Assembly (NCBI GenBank): GCA_964016885.1
Contig: OZ024740.1
Span: 4,526,001 to 4,590,000, forward strand
Direction of reading: 5' to 3'
Source of the DNA: Eledone cirrhosa
Taxonomy: Eukaryota
Length of the DNA: 64,000 nt
A program made the translations under genes and the position numbers. Every line of letters begins with the position of its first letter. Position 1 is the stretch's first letter. Under the pieces are notes generated by a model that worked only from the letters and a program-made list of their open reading frames with translations, ran no database searches and was not told the DNA's origin. Of this stretch, positions 35,601 through 50,600 are shown in pieces.

Positions 35601-38600
35601 CACTAGAGGGAACAGAGCTTGTTGTTTGGGTTAGATTGTTTCACTAGAGGGAACAGACCTGGTTGAGTGGGTGAGAAGGTTTCACTAGGCGCAACAGAGC
35701 TGGTTGTGTGGGTTAGAAGGTTTCACTAGAGGGAACAGAGCTGGTTGTGTGGGTTAGAAGGTTTCACTAGAGGGTGCGGAGCTTGTTGTGTGGGTTAGAA
35801 GGTTTCAATAGAGAGAACAGAGCTGGTTGTGTGGGTTAGAAGGTTTCACTAGAGGGAGCAGAGCTTGTTGTGTGGGTTAGAAGGTTTCAATAGCGAGAAC
35901 AGAGCTGGTTGTGTGGGTTAGAAGGTTTCACTAGAGGGAACAGGGCTGATCGTGTGGGTTAGAAGGTTTCACTAGAGGGAGCAGAGCTTGTTGTGTGGGT
36001 TAGAAGGTTTCACTAGAGGGACAAGAGCTGGTTGTGTGGGTTGGAAGGTTTCACTAGAAGGAGCAGAGCTGGTTGTGTGGGTTAGAAGGTTTCACTAGAA
36101 GGAGCAGAGCTGGTTGTGTGGGTTGGAAGGTTTCACTAGAGGGAGCAGAGCTTGTTGTGTGGGTTTGAATGTTTCACTAGAGGGACAAGAGCTGGATGTG
36201 TGGGTTGGAAGGTTTCACTAGAGAGAACAGAGCTGGTTGTGTGGGTTAGAAGGTTTCACTAGAAGGAGCAGAGCTGGTTGTGTGGGTTAGAAGGTTTCAC
36301 TAGAGGGAGCAGAGCTTGTTGTGTTGGTTAGAAGGTTTCACTAGAGGGACAAGAGCTGGTTGTGTGGGTTGGAAGGTTTCACCAGAAGGAGCAGAGCTGG
36401 TTGTGTGGGTTGGAAGGTTTCACTAGAGGGAACAGAGCTGGTTGTGTGGGTTAGAAGGTTTCACAAGAGGGAGCAGAGCTGGTTGTGTGGGTTGGAAGCT
36501 TTCACTAGAGGAAATAGAGCTGGTTGTGGGGGTTAGAAGGTTCCACTAGAGGGAGCAGAGCTTGTGTGGGTTAGAAGGTTTCACTAGAGGGACAAGAGCT
36601 GTTTGTGTGGGTTGGAAGGTTTCACTAGAGGGAATAGAGCTGGTTGTGTGGGTTAGAAGGTTTCACTAGAAGGAGCAGAGCTGGTTGTGTGGGTTGGAAG
36701 GTTTCAATAAAGGGAACAGAGCTGGTTGTGTAGGTTAGAAGGTTTCACTAGAGGGAGCAGACCTGGTTGTGTGGGTTGGAAGGTTTCACTAGAGGGAATA
36801 GAGCTGGTTGTGTGGGTTAGAAGGTTTCACTAGAGGGAACAGAGCTGGTGGTGTGGGTTAGAAGGTTTCACTAGAGGGAGCAGAGCTTGTTGTGTGGGTT
36901 AGAAGGTTTCACTAGAGGGAACAGAGCTTGTTGTGTGGGTTAGAAGGTTTCACTAGAGGGAGCAGAGCTTGTTGTGTGGGTTAGAAGGTTTCAATAGAGA
37001 GAACAGAGGTGGTAGTGTGGGTTAGAAGGTTTCACTAGAGGGAGCAGAGCTTGTTGTGTGGGTTAGAAGGTTTCACTAGAGGTAACAGAGCTGGTTGTGT
37101 GGGTTAGAAGGTTTCACCAGAGGGAACAGAGCTGGTTGTGTGGGTTAGAAGGTTTCACTAGAGGGAACAGTGCTGGTATTGTGGGTTAGAAAGTTTAACT
37201 AGAGGGAGCAGAGCTTGTTGTGTGGTTTAGAAAGTTTCACTAGATGGAGCAGAGCTTGTTGTGTGGGTTAGAAGGTTTCACTAGAGGGAACAGAGCTTGT
37301 TGTTTGGGTTAGATTGTTTCACTAGAGGGAACAGACCTGGTTGAGTGTGTGAGAAGGTTTCACTAGGCGCAACAGAGCTGGTTGTGTGGGTTAGAAGGTT
37401 TCACTAGAGGGAGCAGAGCTCTTTGTGTGGGTTAGAAGGTTTCACTAGAGGGAGCAGAGCTTGCTGTGTGGGTTAGAAGGTTTCACTAGAGGGAACAGAG
37501 CTGGTTGTGTGGGTTAGAAGGTTTCACTAGAGGGAATAGAGCTGGTTGTGTGGGTTAGAAGGTTTCACTAGAGGGAACAGAGCTGGTGGTGTGGGTTAGA
37601 AGGATTCACTAGAGGGAGCAGAGCTTGTTGTGTGGGTTAGAAGGTTTCACTAGAGGGAACAGAGCTTGTTGTGTGGGTTAGAAGGTTTCACTAGAGGGAG
37701 CAGAGCTTGTTGTGTGGGTTAGAAGGTTTCAATAGAGAGAACAGAGGTGGTAGTGTGGGTTAGAAGGTTTCACTAGAGGGAGCAGAGCTTGTTGTGTGGG
37801 TTAGAAGGTTTCACTAGAGGTAACAGAGCTGGTTGTGTGGGTTAGAAGGTTTCACCAGAGGGAACAGAGCTGGTTGTGTGGGTTAGAAGGTTTCACTAGA
37901 GGGAACAGTGCTGGTATTGTGGGTTAGAAAGTTTAACCAGAGGGAGCAGAGCTTGTTGTGTGGTTTAGAAAGTTTCACTAGATGGAGCAGAGCTTGTTGT
38001 GTGGGTTAGAAGGTTTCACTAGAGGGAACAGAGCTTGTTGTTTGGGTTAGATTGTTTCACTAGAGGGAACAGACCTGGTTGAGTGTGTGAGAAGGTTTCA
38101 CTAGGCGCAACAGAGCTGGTTGTGTGGGTTAGAAGGTTTCACTAGAGGGAGCAGAGCTCGTTGTGTGGGTTAGAAGGTTTCACTAGAGGGAGCAGAGCTT
38201 GCTGTGTGGGTTAGAAGGTTTCACTAGAGGGAACAGAGCTGGTTGTGTGGGTTAGAAGGTTTCACTAGAGGGTGCGGAGCTTGTTGTGTGGGTTAGAAGG
38301 TTTCAATAGAGATAACAGAGCTGGTTGTGTGGGTTAGAAGGTTTCACTAGAGGGAACAGAACTGGTTGTGTTGGTTAGAAAGTTTCACTAGAGGGAACAG
38401 AACTGGTTGTGTGGGTTAGAAGGTTTCACTAGAGGGAGCAGAGCTTGTTGTGTGGGTTAGAAGGTTTCAATAGAGATAACAGAGCTGGTTGTGTGGGTTA
38501 GAAGGTTTCACTAGAGGGAGCAGAGCTTGTTGTGTGGGTTAGAAGGTTTCAATAGCGAGAACAGAGCTGGTTGTGTGGGTTAGAAGGTTTCACTAGAGGG

Positions 38601-41600
38601 AACAGGGCTGATTGTGTGGGTTAGAAGGTTTCACTAGAGGGAGCAGAGCTTTTTGTGTGGGTTAGAAGGTTTCACTAGAGGGACAAGAGCTGGTTGTGTG
38701 GGTTGGAAGGTTTCACTAGAAGGAGCAGAGCTGGTTGTGTGGGTTAGAAGGTTTCACTAGAAGGAGCAGAGCTGGTTGTGTGGGTTGGAAGGTTTCACTA
38801 GAGGGAGCAGAGCTTGTTGTGTGGGTTTGAATGTTTCACTAGAGGGACAAGAGCTGGTTGTGTGGGTTGGAAGGTTTCACTAGACGCAACAGAGCTGGTT
38901 GTGTGGGTTAGAAGGTTTCACTAGGAGGAGCAGAGCTGGTTGTGTGGGTTAGAAGGTTTCACTAGAAGGAGCAGAGCTGGTTGTGTGGGTTAGAAGGTTT
39001 CACTAGAGGGAGCAGAGCTTGTTGTGTGGGTTAGAAGGTTTCACTAGAGGGACAAGAGCTGGTTGTGTGGGTTGGAAGGTTTCACCAGAAGGAGCAGAGC
39101 TGGTTGTGTGGGTTAGAAGGTTTCACTAGAAGGAGCAGAGCTGGTTGTGTGGGTTAGAAGGTTTCACTAGAGGGAGCAGAGCTTGTTGTGTGGGTTAGAA
39201 GGTTTCACTAGAGGGACAAGAGCTGGTTGTGAGGGTTGGAAGGTTTCACTAGAGGGAACAGAGCTGGTTGTGTGGGTTAGAAGGTTTCACTAGAAGGAGC
39301 AGAGCTGGTTGTGTGGGTTGGAAGGTTTCACTAGAGGGAATAGAGCTGGTTGTGTGGGTTAGAAGGTTTCACTAGAAGGAACAGAGCTGGTGGTGTGGGC
39401 TAGAAGGTTTCACTAGAGGGAGCAGAGCTGGTTGTATGGGTTAGAAGGTTTCACTAGAGGGAGCAGAGCTTGTGTGGGTTAGAAGGTTCCACTAGAGGGA
39501 CAAGAGCTGGTTGTGTGGTTTGGAAGGTTTCACTAGAGGGAATAGAGCTGGTTGTGTGGGTTAGAAGGTTTCACTAGAGGGAACAGAGCTTGTTGTGTGG
39601 GTTAGAAGGTTTCACTAGAGGGATCAGAGCTGGTTGTGTGGGTTAGAAGGTTTCACTAGAGGGAACAGAGCTTGTTGTGTGGGTTAGAAGGTTTCACTAG
39701 AGGGAACAGAGCTGGTTGTGTGGGTTAGAAGGTTTCACTAGAAGGAGCAGAGCTGGTTGTGTGGGTTGGAATGTTTCACTAGAGGGAACAGAGCTGGTTG
39801 TGTGGGTTAGAAGGTTTCACTAGAGGGAACAGAGCTGGTTGTGTGGGTTAGAAGGTTTCACTAGAGGGAGCAGAGCTTGTTGTGTGGGTTAGAAGGTTTC
39901 ACTAGAGGGACAAGAGCTGGTTGTGTGGGTTGGAAGGTTTCACCAGAGGGAATAGAGCTGGTTGTGTGGGTTAGAAGGTTTCACTAGAAGGAGCAGAGCT
40001 GGTTGTGTGGGTTAGAACGTTTCACTAGAGGGAACAGAGCTGGTGGTGTGGGTTAGAAGGTTTCACTAGAGGGAACAGAGCTGGTTGTGTCGGTTAGAAG
40101 GTTTCACTAGAGGGAGCAGAGCTGGTTGTGTGGGTTGGAAGGTTTCACTAGAGGGAGTAGAGCTGGTTGTGTGGGTTAGAAGGTTTCACTAGAAGGAACA
40201 GAGCTGGTGGTGTGGGTTAGAAGGTTTCACTAGAGGGGGCAGAGCTGGTTGTGTGGGATAGAAGGTTTCACTAGAGGAAATAGAGCTGGTTGTGTGGGTT
40301 AGAAGGTTTCACTAGATGGAGCAGAGCTGGTTGTGTGGGTTAGAAGGTTTCACCAGAGGGAACAGAGCTTATTGTATGGGTTAGAAGGTTTCACTAGAGG
40401 GAACAGAGCTTGTTGTGTGGGTTAGATTGTTTCACTAGAGGGAACAGACCTGGTTGAGTGGGTTAGAAGGTTTCACTAGACGCAACAGAGCTGGTTGTGT
40501 GGGTTAGAAGGTTTCACTAGAGGGAGCAGAGCTTGTTGTGTGGGTTCGAAGGTTTCACTAGAGGGAACAGAGCTGGTTGTGTGGGTTAGAAGGTTTCACT
40601 AGATGGAACAGAGCTGGTTGTGTGGGTTAGAAGGTTTCACTAGAGGGAACTAAGATGGTTGTGTGGGTTAGAAGGTTTCACTAGAGGGGGCAGAGCTGGT
40701 TGTGTGGGATAGAAGGTTTCACTAGAGGAAATAGAGCTGGTTGTGTGGGTTAGAAGGTTTCACTAGATGGAGCAGAGCTGGTTGTGTGGGTTAGAAGGTT
40801 TCACCAGAGGGAACAGAGCTGGTTGTATGGGTTAGAAGGTTTCACTAGAGGGAACAGAGCTGGTTGTGTGGGTTAGAAGGTTTCACTAGAGGGAACAGAG
40901 CTGGTTGTGTGGGTTAGAAGGTTTCAGTAGAGGGAACAGAGCTTGTTGTGTGGGTTAGAAGGTTTCAATAGAGAGAACAGAGCTGGTAGTGTGGGTTAGA
41001 AGGTTTCACTAGAGGGAACAGAGCTGGTTGTGTGGGTTAGAAGGTTTCACTAGAGGGAGCAGAGCTTGTTGTGTGGGTTAGAAGGTTTCACTAGAGGGAA
41101 CAGAGCTTGTTGTGTGGGTTAGAAGGTTTCACTAGAGGGAACAGAGCTGGTTGTGTGGGTTAGAAGGATTCAATAGAGAGAACAGAGGTGGTGGTGTGGG
41201 TTAGAAGGTTTCTCTAGAGGGAGCAGAGCTTGTTGTGTGGGTTAGAAGGTTTCAATAGAGGGAACAGAGCTGGTTGTGTGGGTTAGAAGGTTTTACTAGA
41301 GGGAGCAGAGCTTGTTGTGTGGGTTAGAAGGTTTCACTAGAGGGAGCAGAGCTTGTTGTGTGGTTTAGAAAGTTTCACTAGAGGGAGCAGACCTTGTTGT
41401 GTGGGTTAGAAGGTTTCAATAGGGAGAACAGAGCTGGTTGTGTGGGTTAGAAGGTTTCACTAGAGGGAACAGAGCTGGTTGTGTGGGTTAGAAGGTTTCA
41501 CTAGAGGGAACAGAACTGGTTGTGTGGGTTAGAAGGTTTCAGTAGAGGGAACAGAGCTTGTTGTGTGGGTTAGAAGGTTTCAATAGAGAGAACAGAGCTG

Positions 41601-44600
41601 GTTGTGTGGGTTAGAAGGTTTCACTAGAGGGAACAGAGCTGGTTGTGGGGGTTAGAAGGTTTCACTAGGGGGAACAGAGCTGGTTGGTGGGTTAGAAGGT
41701 TTCACTAGAGGGAACAGAGCTGGTTGTGTGGGTTAGAAGGTTTCACTAGAGGGAGCAGAGCTTGTTGTGTGGGTTAGAAGGTTTCACTAGAGGGAGCAGA
41801 GCTTGTTGTGTGGGTTAGAAGGTTTCACTAGAGGGAGCAGAGCTTGTTGTGTGGGTTCGAAGGTTTCACTAGAGGGAACAGAGCTGGTTGTGTGGGTTAG
41901 AAGGTTTCACTAGAGGGAACAGAGCTGGTTGTGTGGGTTAGAAGGTTTCACTAGAGGGAACAGAGATGGTTGTGTGGGTTAGAAGGTTTCACTAGAGTGG
42001 GCAGAGCTGGTTGTGTGGGATAGAAGGTTTCACTAGAGGGAACAGAGATGGTTGTGTGGGTTAGAAGGTTTCACTAGAGGGGGCAGAGCTGGTTGTGTGG
42101 GATAGAAGGTTTCACTAGAGGAAATAGAGCTGGTTGTGTGGGTTAGAAGGTTTCACTTGATGGAGCAGACCTGGTTGTGTGGGTTAGAAGGTTTCACCAG
42201 AGGGAACAGAGCTTATTGTATGGGTTAGAAGGTTTCACTAGAGGGAACAGAGCTGGTTGTGTGGGTTAGAAGGTTTCACCAGAAGGAACAGAGCTGGTTG
42301 TGTGGGTTAGAAGGTTTCACTAGAGGGAACAGTGCCTGTATTGTGGGTTAGAAAGTTTCACTAGAGGGAGCAGAGCTTGTTGTGTGGGTTAGAAGGTTTC
42401 ACTAGAGGGAATAGAGCTGGTTGTGTGGGTTAGAAGGTTTCACTAGAGGGAACAGAGCTGGTGGTGTGGGTTAGAAGGTTTCACTAGAGGGAGCAGAGCT
42501 TGTTGTGTGGGTTAGAAGGTTTCACTAGAGGGAACAGAGCTTGTTGTGTGGGTTAGAAGGTTTCACTAGAGGGAGCAGAGCTTGTTGTGTGGGTTAGAAG
42601 GTTTCAATAGAGAGAACAGAGGTGGTAGTGTGGGTTATAAGGTTTCACTAGAGGGAGCAGAGCTTGTTGTGTGGGTTAGAAGGTTTCACTAGAGGTAACA
42701 GAGCTGGTTGTGTGGGTTAGAAGGTTTCACCAGAGGGAACAGAGCTGGTTGTGTGGGTTAGAAGGTTTCACTAGAGGGAGCAGAGCTCGTTGTCTGGGTT
42801 AGAAGGTTTCACTAGAGGGAACAAAGCTGGTTGTGTGGGTTAGAAGGTTTCACTAGAGGGTGCGGAGCTTGTTGTGTGGGTTAGAAAGTTTCACTAGAGG
42901 GAACAGAACTGGTTGTGTGGGTTAGAAGGTTTCACTAGAGGGAGCAGAGCTTGTTGTGTGGGTTAGAAGGTTTCAATAGCAAGAACAGAGCTGGTTGTGT
43001 GGGTTAGAAGGTTTCACTAGAGGGAACAGGGCTGGTTGTGTGGGTTAGAAGGTTTCACTAGAGGGAGCAGAGCTTGTTGTGTGGGTTAGAAGGTTTCACT
43101 AGAGGCACAAGAGCTGGTTGTGTGGGTTGGAAGGTTTCACTAGAAGGAGCAGAGCTGGTTGTGTGGGTTAGAAGGTTTCACTAGAAGGAACAGAGCTGGT
43201 TGTGTGGGTTGGAAGGTTTCACTAGAGGGAGCAGAGCTTGTTGTGTGGGTTTGAAGGTTTCACTAGAGGGACAAGAGCTGGTTGTGTGGGTTGGAAGGTT
43301 TCACTAGAGAGAACAGAGCTGGTTGTGTGGGTTAGAAGGTTTCACTAGAAGGAGCAGAGCTGGTTGTGTGGGTTAGAAGGTTTTACTAGAAGGATCAGAG
43401 CTGATTGTGTGGGTTAGAAGGTTTCACTAGAGGGAGCAGAGCTTGTTGTGTGGGTTAGAAGGTTTCACTAGAGGGACAAGAGCTGGTTGTGTGGGTTGGA
43501 AGGTTTCACCAGAAGGAGCAGAGCTGGTTGTGTGGGTTAGAAGGTTTCACTAGAAGGAGCAGAGCTGGTTGTGTGGGTTAGAAGGTTTCACTAGAGGGAG
43601 CAGAGCTTGTTGTGCGGGTTAGAAGGTTTCACTAGAGGGACAAGAGCTGGTTGTGTGGGTTGGAAGGTTTCACTAGAGGGAACAGAGCTGGTTGTGTGGG
43701 TTAGAATGTTTCAGTAGAAGGAGCAGAGCTGGTTGTGTGGGTTGGAAGGTTTCACTAGAGGGAATAGAGCTGGTTGTGTGGGTTAGAAGGTTTCACTAGA
43801 AGGAACAGAGCTGGTGGTGTGGGCTAGAAGGTTTCACTAGAGGGAGCAGAGCTGATTGTATGGGTTAGAAGGTTTCACTAGAGGGAGCAGAGCTTGTGTG
43901 GGTTAGAAGGTTCCACTAGAGGGACAAGAGCTGGTTGTGTGGTTTGGAAGGTTTCACTAGAGGGAATAGAGCTGGTTGTGTGGGTTAGAAGGTTTCACTA
44001 GAGGGAACAGAGCTTCTTGTGTGGGTTAGAAGGTTTCACTAGAGGGATCAGAGCTGGTTGTGTGGGTTAGAAGGTTTCACTAGAGGGAACAGAGCTTGTT
44101 GTGTGGGTTAGAAGGTTTCACTAGAGGGAACAGAGCTGGTTGTGTGGGTTAGAAGGTTTCACTAGAAGGAGCAGAGCTGGTTGTGTGGGTTGGAATGTTT
44201 CACTAGAGGGAACAGAGCTGGTTGTGTGGGTTAGAAGGTTTCACTAGAGGGAACAGAGCTGGTTGTGTGGGTTAGAAGGTTTCACTAGAAGGAGCAGAGC
44301 TGGTTGTGTGGGTTAGAAGGTTTCACTAGAGGGAGCAGAGCTTGTTGTGTGGGTTAGAAGGTTTCACTAGAGGGACAAGAGCTGGTTGTGTGGGTTGGAA
44401 GGTTTCACTAGAGGGAGTAGAGCTGGTTGTGTGGGTTAGAAGGTTTCACTAGAAGGAACAGAGCTGGTGGTGTGGGTTAGAAGGTTTCACTAGAAGGAGC
44501 AGAGCTGGTTGTATGGTTAGAAGTTTTCACTAGAGGGAATAGAGCTGGTTGTGTGGGTTAGAAGGTTTCACTAGAGGGAGCAGAGCTTGTTGTGTGGGTT

Positions 44601-47600
44601 AGAAGGTTTCAATAGAGAGAACAGAGGTGGTGGTGTGGGTTAGAAGGTTTCACTAGAGGGAGCAGAGCTTGTTGTGTGGGTTAGAAGGTTTCACTAGAGG
44701 GAACAGAGCTGGTTGTGTGGGTTAGAAGGTTTCACTAGAGGGAACAGTGCCGGTATTGTGGGTTAGAAAGTTTCACTAGAGGGAGCAGAGCTTGTTGTGT
44801 GGGTTAGAAGGTTTCACTAGAGGGAGCAGAGCTTGTTGTGTGGGTTAGAAGGTTTCACTAGAGGGAACAGAGCTTGTTGTGTGGGTTAGATTGTTTCACT
44901 AGAGGGAACAGACCTGGTTGAGTGGGTTAGAAGGTTTCACTAGACGCAACAGAGCTGGTTGTGTGGGTTAGAAGGTTTCACTAGAGGGAGCAGAGCTTGT
45001 TGTGTGGGTTCGAAGGTTTCACTAGAGGGAACAGAGCTGGTTGTGTGGGTTAGAAGGTTTCACTAGAGGGAACAGAGCTGGTTGTGTGGGTTAGAAGGTT
45101 TCACTAGAGGGAACAGAGATGGTTGTGTGGGTTAGAAGGTTTCACTAGAGAGGGCAGAGCTGGTTGTGTGGGATAGAAGGTTTCACCAGAGGAAATAGAG
45201 CTGGTTGTGTGGGTTAGAAGGTTTCACTAGATGGAGCAGAGCTGGTTGTGTGGGTTAGAAGGTTTCACCAGAGGGAACAGAGCTTATTGTATGGGTTAGA
45301 AGGTTTCACTAGAGGGAACAGAGCTGGTTGTGTGGGTTAGAAGGTTTCACTAGAGGGAACAGAGCTGGTTGTGTGGGTTAGAAGGTTTCAGTAGAGGGAA
45401 CAGAGCTTGTTGTGTGGGTTAGAAGGTTTCAATAGATAGAACAGAGCTGGTTGTGTGGGTTAGAAGGTTTCACTAGAGGGAACAGAGCTGGTTGTGTGGG
45501 TTAGAAGGTTTCACTAGAGGGAGCAGAGCTTGTTGTGTGGGTTAGAAGGTTTCACTAGAGGGAACAGAGCTTGTTGTGTGGGTTAGAAGGTTTCACTAGA
45601 GGGAACAGAGCTGGTTGTGTGGGTTAGAAGGTTTCAATAGAGAGAACAGAGGTGGTGGTGTGGGTTAGAAGGTTTCTCTAGAGGGAGCAGAGCTTGTTGT
45701 GTGGGTTAGAAGGTTTCACTAGAGGGAACAGAGCTGGTTGTGTGGGTTAGAAGGTTTCACTAGAGGGAGCAGAGCTTGTTGTGTGGGTTAGAAGGTTTCA
45801 CTAGAGGGAGCAGAGCTTGTTGTGTGGTTTAGAAAGTTTCACTAGAGGGAGCAGAGCTTGTTGTGTGGGTTAGAAGGTTTCAATAGGGAGAACAGAGCTG
45901 GTTGTGTGGGTTAGAAGGTTTCACTAGAGGGAACAGAGCTGGTTGTGTGGGTTAGAAGGTTTCACTAGAGGGAACAGAGCTGGTTGTGTGGGTTAGAAGG
46001 TTTCAGTAGAGGGAACAGAGCTTGTTGTGTGGGTTAGAAGGTTTCAATAGAGAGAACAGAGCTGGTTGTGTGGGTTAGAAGGTTTCACTAGAGGGAACAG
46101 AGCTGGTTGTGGGGGTTAGAAGGTTTCACTAGGGGGAACAGAGCTGGTTGTGTGGGTTAGAAGGTTTCACTAGAGGGAACAGAGCTGGTTGTGTGGGTTA
46201 GAAGGTTTCACTAGAGGGAACAGAGCTGGTTGTGTGGGTTAGAAGGTTTCACTAGAGGGAGCAGAGCTTGTTGTGTGGGTTAGAAGGTTTCAATAAAGAG
46301 AACAGAGCTGGTGGTGTGGGTTAGAAGGTTTCACTAGAGGGAGCAGAGCTTGTTGTGTGGGTTAGAAGGTTTCAATGGAGAGAACAGAGCTGGTTGTGTG
46401 AGTTAGAAGGTTTCACTAGAGGGAACAGAGCTGGTTGTGTGGGTTAGAAGGTTTCACTAGAGGGAGCAGAGCTTGTTGTGTGGGTTAGAAGGTTTCACTA
46501 GAGGGACAAGAGCTGGTTGTGTGGGTTGGAAGGTTTCACTAGAGGGAATAGAGCTGGTTGTGTGTGTTAGAAGGTTTCACTAGAAGGAGCACAGCTGGTT
46601 GTGTGGGTTGGAAGGTTTCACTAGAGGGAACAGAGCTGGTTGTGTGGGTTAGAAGGTTTCACAAGAGGCAGCAGAGCTGGTTGTGTGGGTTGGAAGCTTT
46701 CACTAGAGGAAATAGAGCTGGTTGTGGGGGTTAGAAGGTTCCACTAGAGGGAGCAGAGCTTGTGTGGGTTAGAAGGTTTCACTAGAGGGACAAGAGCTGG
46801 TTGTGTGGGTTGGAAGGTTTCAGTAGAGGGAATAGAGCTGGTTGTGTGGGTTAGAAGGTTTCACTAGAAGGAGCAGAGCTGGTTGTGTGGGTTGGAAGGT
46901 TTCACTAAAGGGAACAGAGCTGGTTGTGTAGATTAGAAGGTTTCACTAGAGGGAGCAGACCTGGTTGTGTGGGTTGGAAGGTTTCACTAGAGGGAATAGA
47001 GCTGGTTGTGTGGGTTAGAAGGTTTCACTAGAGGGAGCAGTGCTGGTTGTGTGGGTTAGAAGGTTTCACTAGAGGGAGCAGAGCTTGTTGTGTGGGTTAG
47101 AAGGTTTCACTAGAGGGAACAGAGCTTGTTGTGTGGGTTAGAAGGTTTCACTAGAGGGAGCAGAGCTTGTTGTGTGGGTTAGAAGGTTTCAATAGAGAGA
47201 ACAGAGGTGGTAGTGTGGGTTAGAAGGTTTCACTAGAGGGAGCAGAGCTTGTTGTGTGGGTTAGAAGGTTTCACTAGAGGTAACAGAGCTGGTTGTGTGG
47301 GTTAGAAGGTTTCACCAGAGGGAACAGAGCTGGTTGTGTGGGTTAGAAGGTTTCACTAGAGGGAACAGTGCGGGTATTGTGGGTTAGAAAGTTTAACTAG
47401 AGGGAGCAGAGCTTGTTGTGTGGTTTAGAAAGTTTCACTAGATGGAGCAGAGCTTGTTGTGTGGGTTAGAAGGTTTCAATAGAGGGAACAGACCTGGTTG
47501 AGTGGGTTAGAAGGTTTCACTAGACGCAACAGAGCTGGTTGTGTGGGTTAGAAGGTTTCACTAGAGGGAGCAGAGCTCGTTGTGTGGGTTAGAAGGTTTC

Positions 47601-50600
47601 ACTAGAGGGAACAGAGCTTGTTGTGTGAGTTAGATTGTTTCACTAGAGGGAACAGACCTGGTTGAGTGGGTTAGAAGGTTTCACTAGACGCAACAGAGCT
47701 GGTTGTGTGGGTTAGAAGGTTTCACTAGAGGAAGCAGAGCTCGTTGTGTGGGTTAGAAGGTTTCACTAGAGGGAACAGAGCTGGTTGTGTGGGTTAGAAG
47801 GTTTCACTAGAGGGAGCAGAGCTCGTTGTGTGGGTTAGAAGGTTTCAGTAGAGGGAACAGAGCTGGTTGTGTGGGTTAGAAGGTTTCACTAGAGGGTGCG
47901 GAGCTTGTTGTGTGGGTTAGAAGGTTTCAGTAGAGAGAACAGAGCTGGTTGTGTGGGTTAGAAGGTTTCACTAGAGGGAGCAGAGCTTGTTGTGTGGGTT
48001 AGAAGGTTTCAATAGCGAGAACAGAGCTGGTTGTGTGGGTTAGAAGGTTTCACTAGAGGGAACAGGGCTGGTTGTGTGGGTTAGAAGGTTTCACTAGAGG
48101 GAGCAGAGCTTTTTGTGTGGGTTAGAAGGTTTCAATAGAGAGAACAGAGCTGGTTGTGTGGGTTAGAAGGTTTCACTAGAGGGAGCAGAGCTTGTTGTGT
48201 GGGTTAGAAGGTTTCAATAGCGAGAACAGAACTGGTTGTGTGGGTTAGAAAGTTTCACTAGAGGGAACAGAACTGGTTGTGTGGGTTAGAAGGTTTCTCT
48301 AGAGGGAACAGAGCTTGTTGTGTGGGTTAGAAGGTTTCACTAGAGGGAACAGACCTGGTTGAGTGGGTTAGAAGGTTTCACTAGATGCAACAGAGCTGGT
48401 TGTGTGGGTTAGAAGGTTTCACTAGAGGGAGCAGAGCTCGTTGTGTGGGTTAGAAGGTTTCACTAGAGGGAACAGAGCTGGTTGTGTGGGTTAGAAGGTT
48501 TCACTAGAGGGTGCGGAGCTTGTTGTGTGGGTTAGAAAGTTTCACTAGAGGGAACAGAACTGGTTGTGTGGGTTAGAAGGTTTCACTAGAGGGAGCAGAG
48601 CTTGTTGTGTGGGTTAGAAGGTTTCAATAGAGAGAACAGAGCTGGTTGTGTGGGTTAGAAGGTTTCACTAGAGGGAGCAGAGCTTGTTGTGTGGGTTAGA
48701 AGGTTTCAATAGCGAGAACAGAGCTGGTTGTGTGGGTTAGAAGGTTTCACTAGAGGGAACAGGGCTGGTTGTGTGGGTTAGAAGGTTACACTAGAGGGAG
48801 CAGAGCTTGTTGTGTGGGTTAGAAGGTTTCACTAGAGGGACAAGAGCTGGTTGTGTGGGTTGGAAGGTTTCACTAGAAGGAACAGAGCTGGTTGTGTGGG
48901 TTGGAAGGTTTCACTAGAGGGAGCAGAGCTTGTTGTGTGGGTTTGAAGGTTTCACTAGAGGGATAAGAGCTGGTTGTGTGGGTTGGAAGGTTTCACTAGA
49001 GGGACAAGAGCTGGTGTGTGGGTTGGAAGGTTTCACCAGAAGGAGCAGAGCTGGTTGTGTGGGTTAGAAGGTTTCACTAGAAGGAGCAGAGCTGGTTGTG
49101 TGGGTTAGAAGGTTTCACTAGAGGGACAAGAGCTGGTTGTGTGGGTTGGAAGGTTTCACTAGATGGAACAGAGCTGGTTGTGTTGGTTAGAATGTTTCAC
49201 TAGAAGGAGCAGAGCTGGTTGTGTGGGTTGGAAGGTTTCACTAGAGGGAATAGAGCTGGTTGTGTGGGTTAGAAGGTTTCACTAGAAGGAACAGAGCTGG
49301 TGGTGTGGGCTAGAAGGTTTCACTAGAGGGAGCAGAGCTGGTTGTATGGGTTAGAAGGTTTCACTAGAGGGAGCAGAGCTTGTGTGGGTTAGAAGGTTCC
49401 ACTAGAGGGACAAGAGCTGGTTGTGTGGTTTGGAAGGTTTCACTAGAGGTAACAGAGCTGGTTGTGTGGGTTAGAAGGTTTCACCAGAGGGAACAGAGCT
49501 GGTTGTGTGGGTTAGAAGGTTTCACTAGAGGGAACAGTGCGGGTATTGTGGGTTAGAAAGTTTAACTAGAGGGAGCAGAGCTTGTTGTGTGGTTTAGAAA
49601 GTTTCACTAGATGGAGCAGAGCTTGTTGTGTGGGTTAGAAGGTTTCAATAGAGGGAACAGACCTGGTTGAGTGGGTTAGAAGGTTTCACTAGACGCAACA
49701 GAGCTGGTTGTGTGGGTTAGAAGGTTTCACTAGAGGGAGCAGAGCTCGTTGTGTGGGTTAGAAGGTTTCACTAGAGGGAACAGAGCTTGTTGTGTGGGTT
49801 AGATTGTTTCACTAGAGGGAACAGACCTGGTTGAGTGGGTTAGAAGGTTTCACTAGACGCAACAGAGCTGGTTGTGTGGGTTAGAAGGTTTCACTAGAGG
49901 AAGCAGAGCTCGTTGTGTGGGTTAGAAGGTTTCACTAGAGGGAACAGAGCTGGTTGTGTGGGTTAGAAGGTTTCACTAGAGGGAGCAGAGCTCGTTGTGT
50001 GGGTTAGAAGGTTTCAGTAGAGGGAACAGAGCTGGTTGTGTGGGTTAGAAGGTTTCACTAGAGGGTGCGGAGCTTGTTGTGTGGGTTAGAAGGTTTCAGT
50101 AGAGAGAACAGAGCTGGTTGTGTGGGTTAGAAGGTTTCACTAGAGGGAGCAGAGCTTGTTGTGTGGGTTAGAAGGTTTCAATAGCGAGAACAGAGCTGGT
50201 TGTGTGGGTTAGAAGGTTTCACTAGAGGGAACAGGGCTGGTTGTGTGGGTTAGAAGGTTTCTCTAGAGGGAACAGAGCTTGTTGTGTGGGTTAGATTGTT
50301 TCACTAGAGGGAACAGACCTGGTTGAGTGGGTTAGAAGGTTTCACTAGATGCAACAGAGCTGGTTGTGTGGGTTAGAAGGTTTCACTAGAGGGAGCAGAG
50401 CTCGTTGTGTGGGTTAGAAGGTTTCACTAGAGGGAACAGAGCTGGTTGTGTGGGTTAGAAGGTTTCACTAGAGGGAGCAGAGCTTTTTGTGTGGGTTAGA
50501 AGGTTTCAATAGAGAGAACAGAGCTGGTTGTGTGGGTTAGAAGGTTTCACTAGAGGGAGCAGAGCTTGTTGTGTGGGTTAGAAGGTTTCAATAGCGAGAA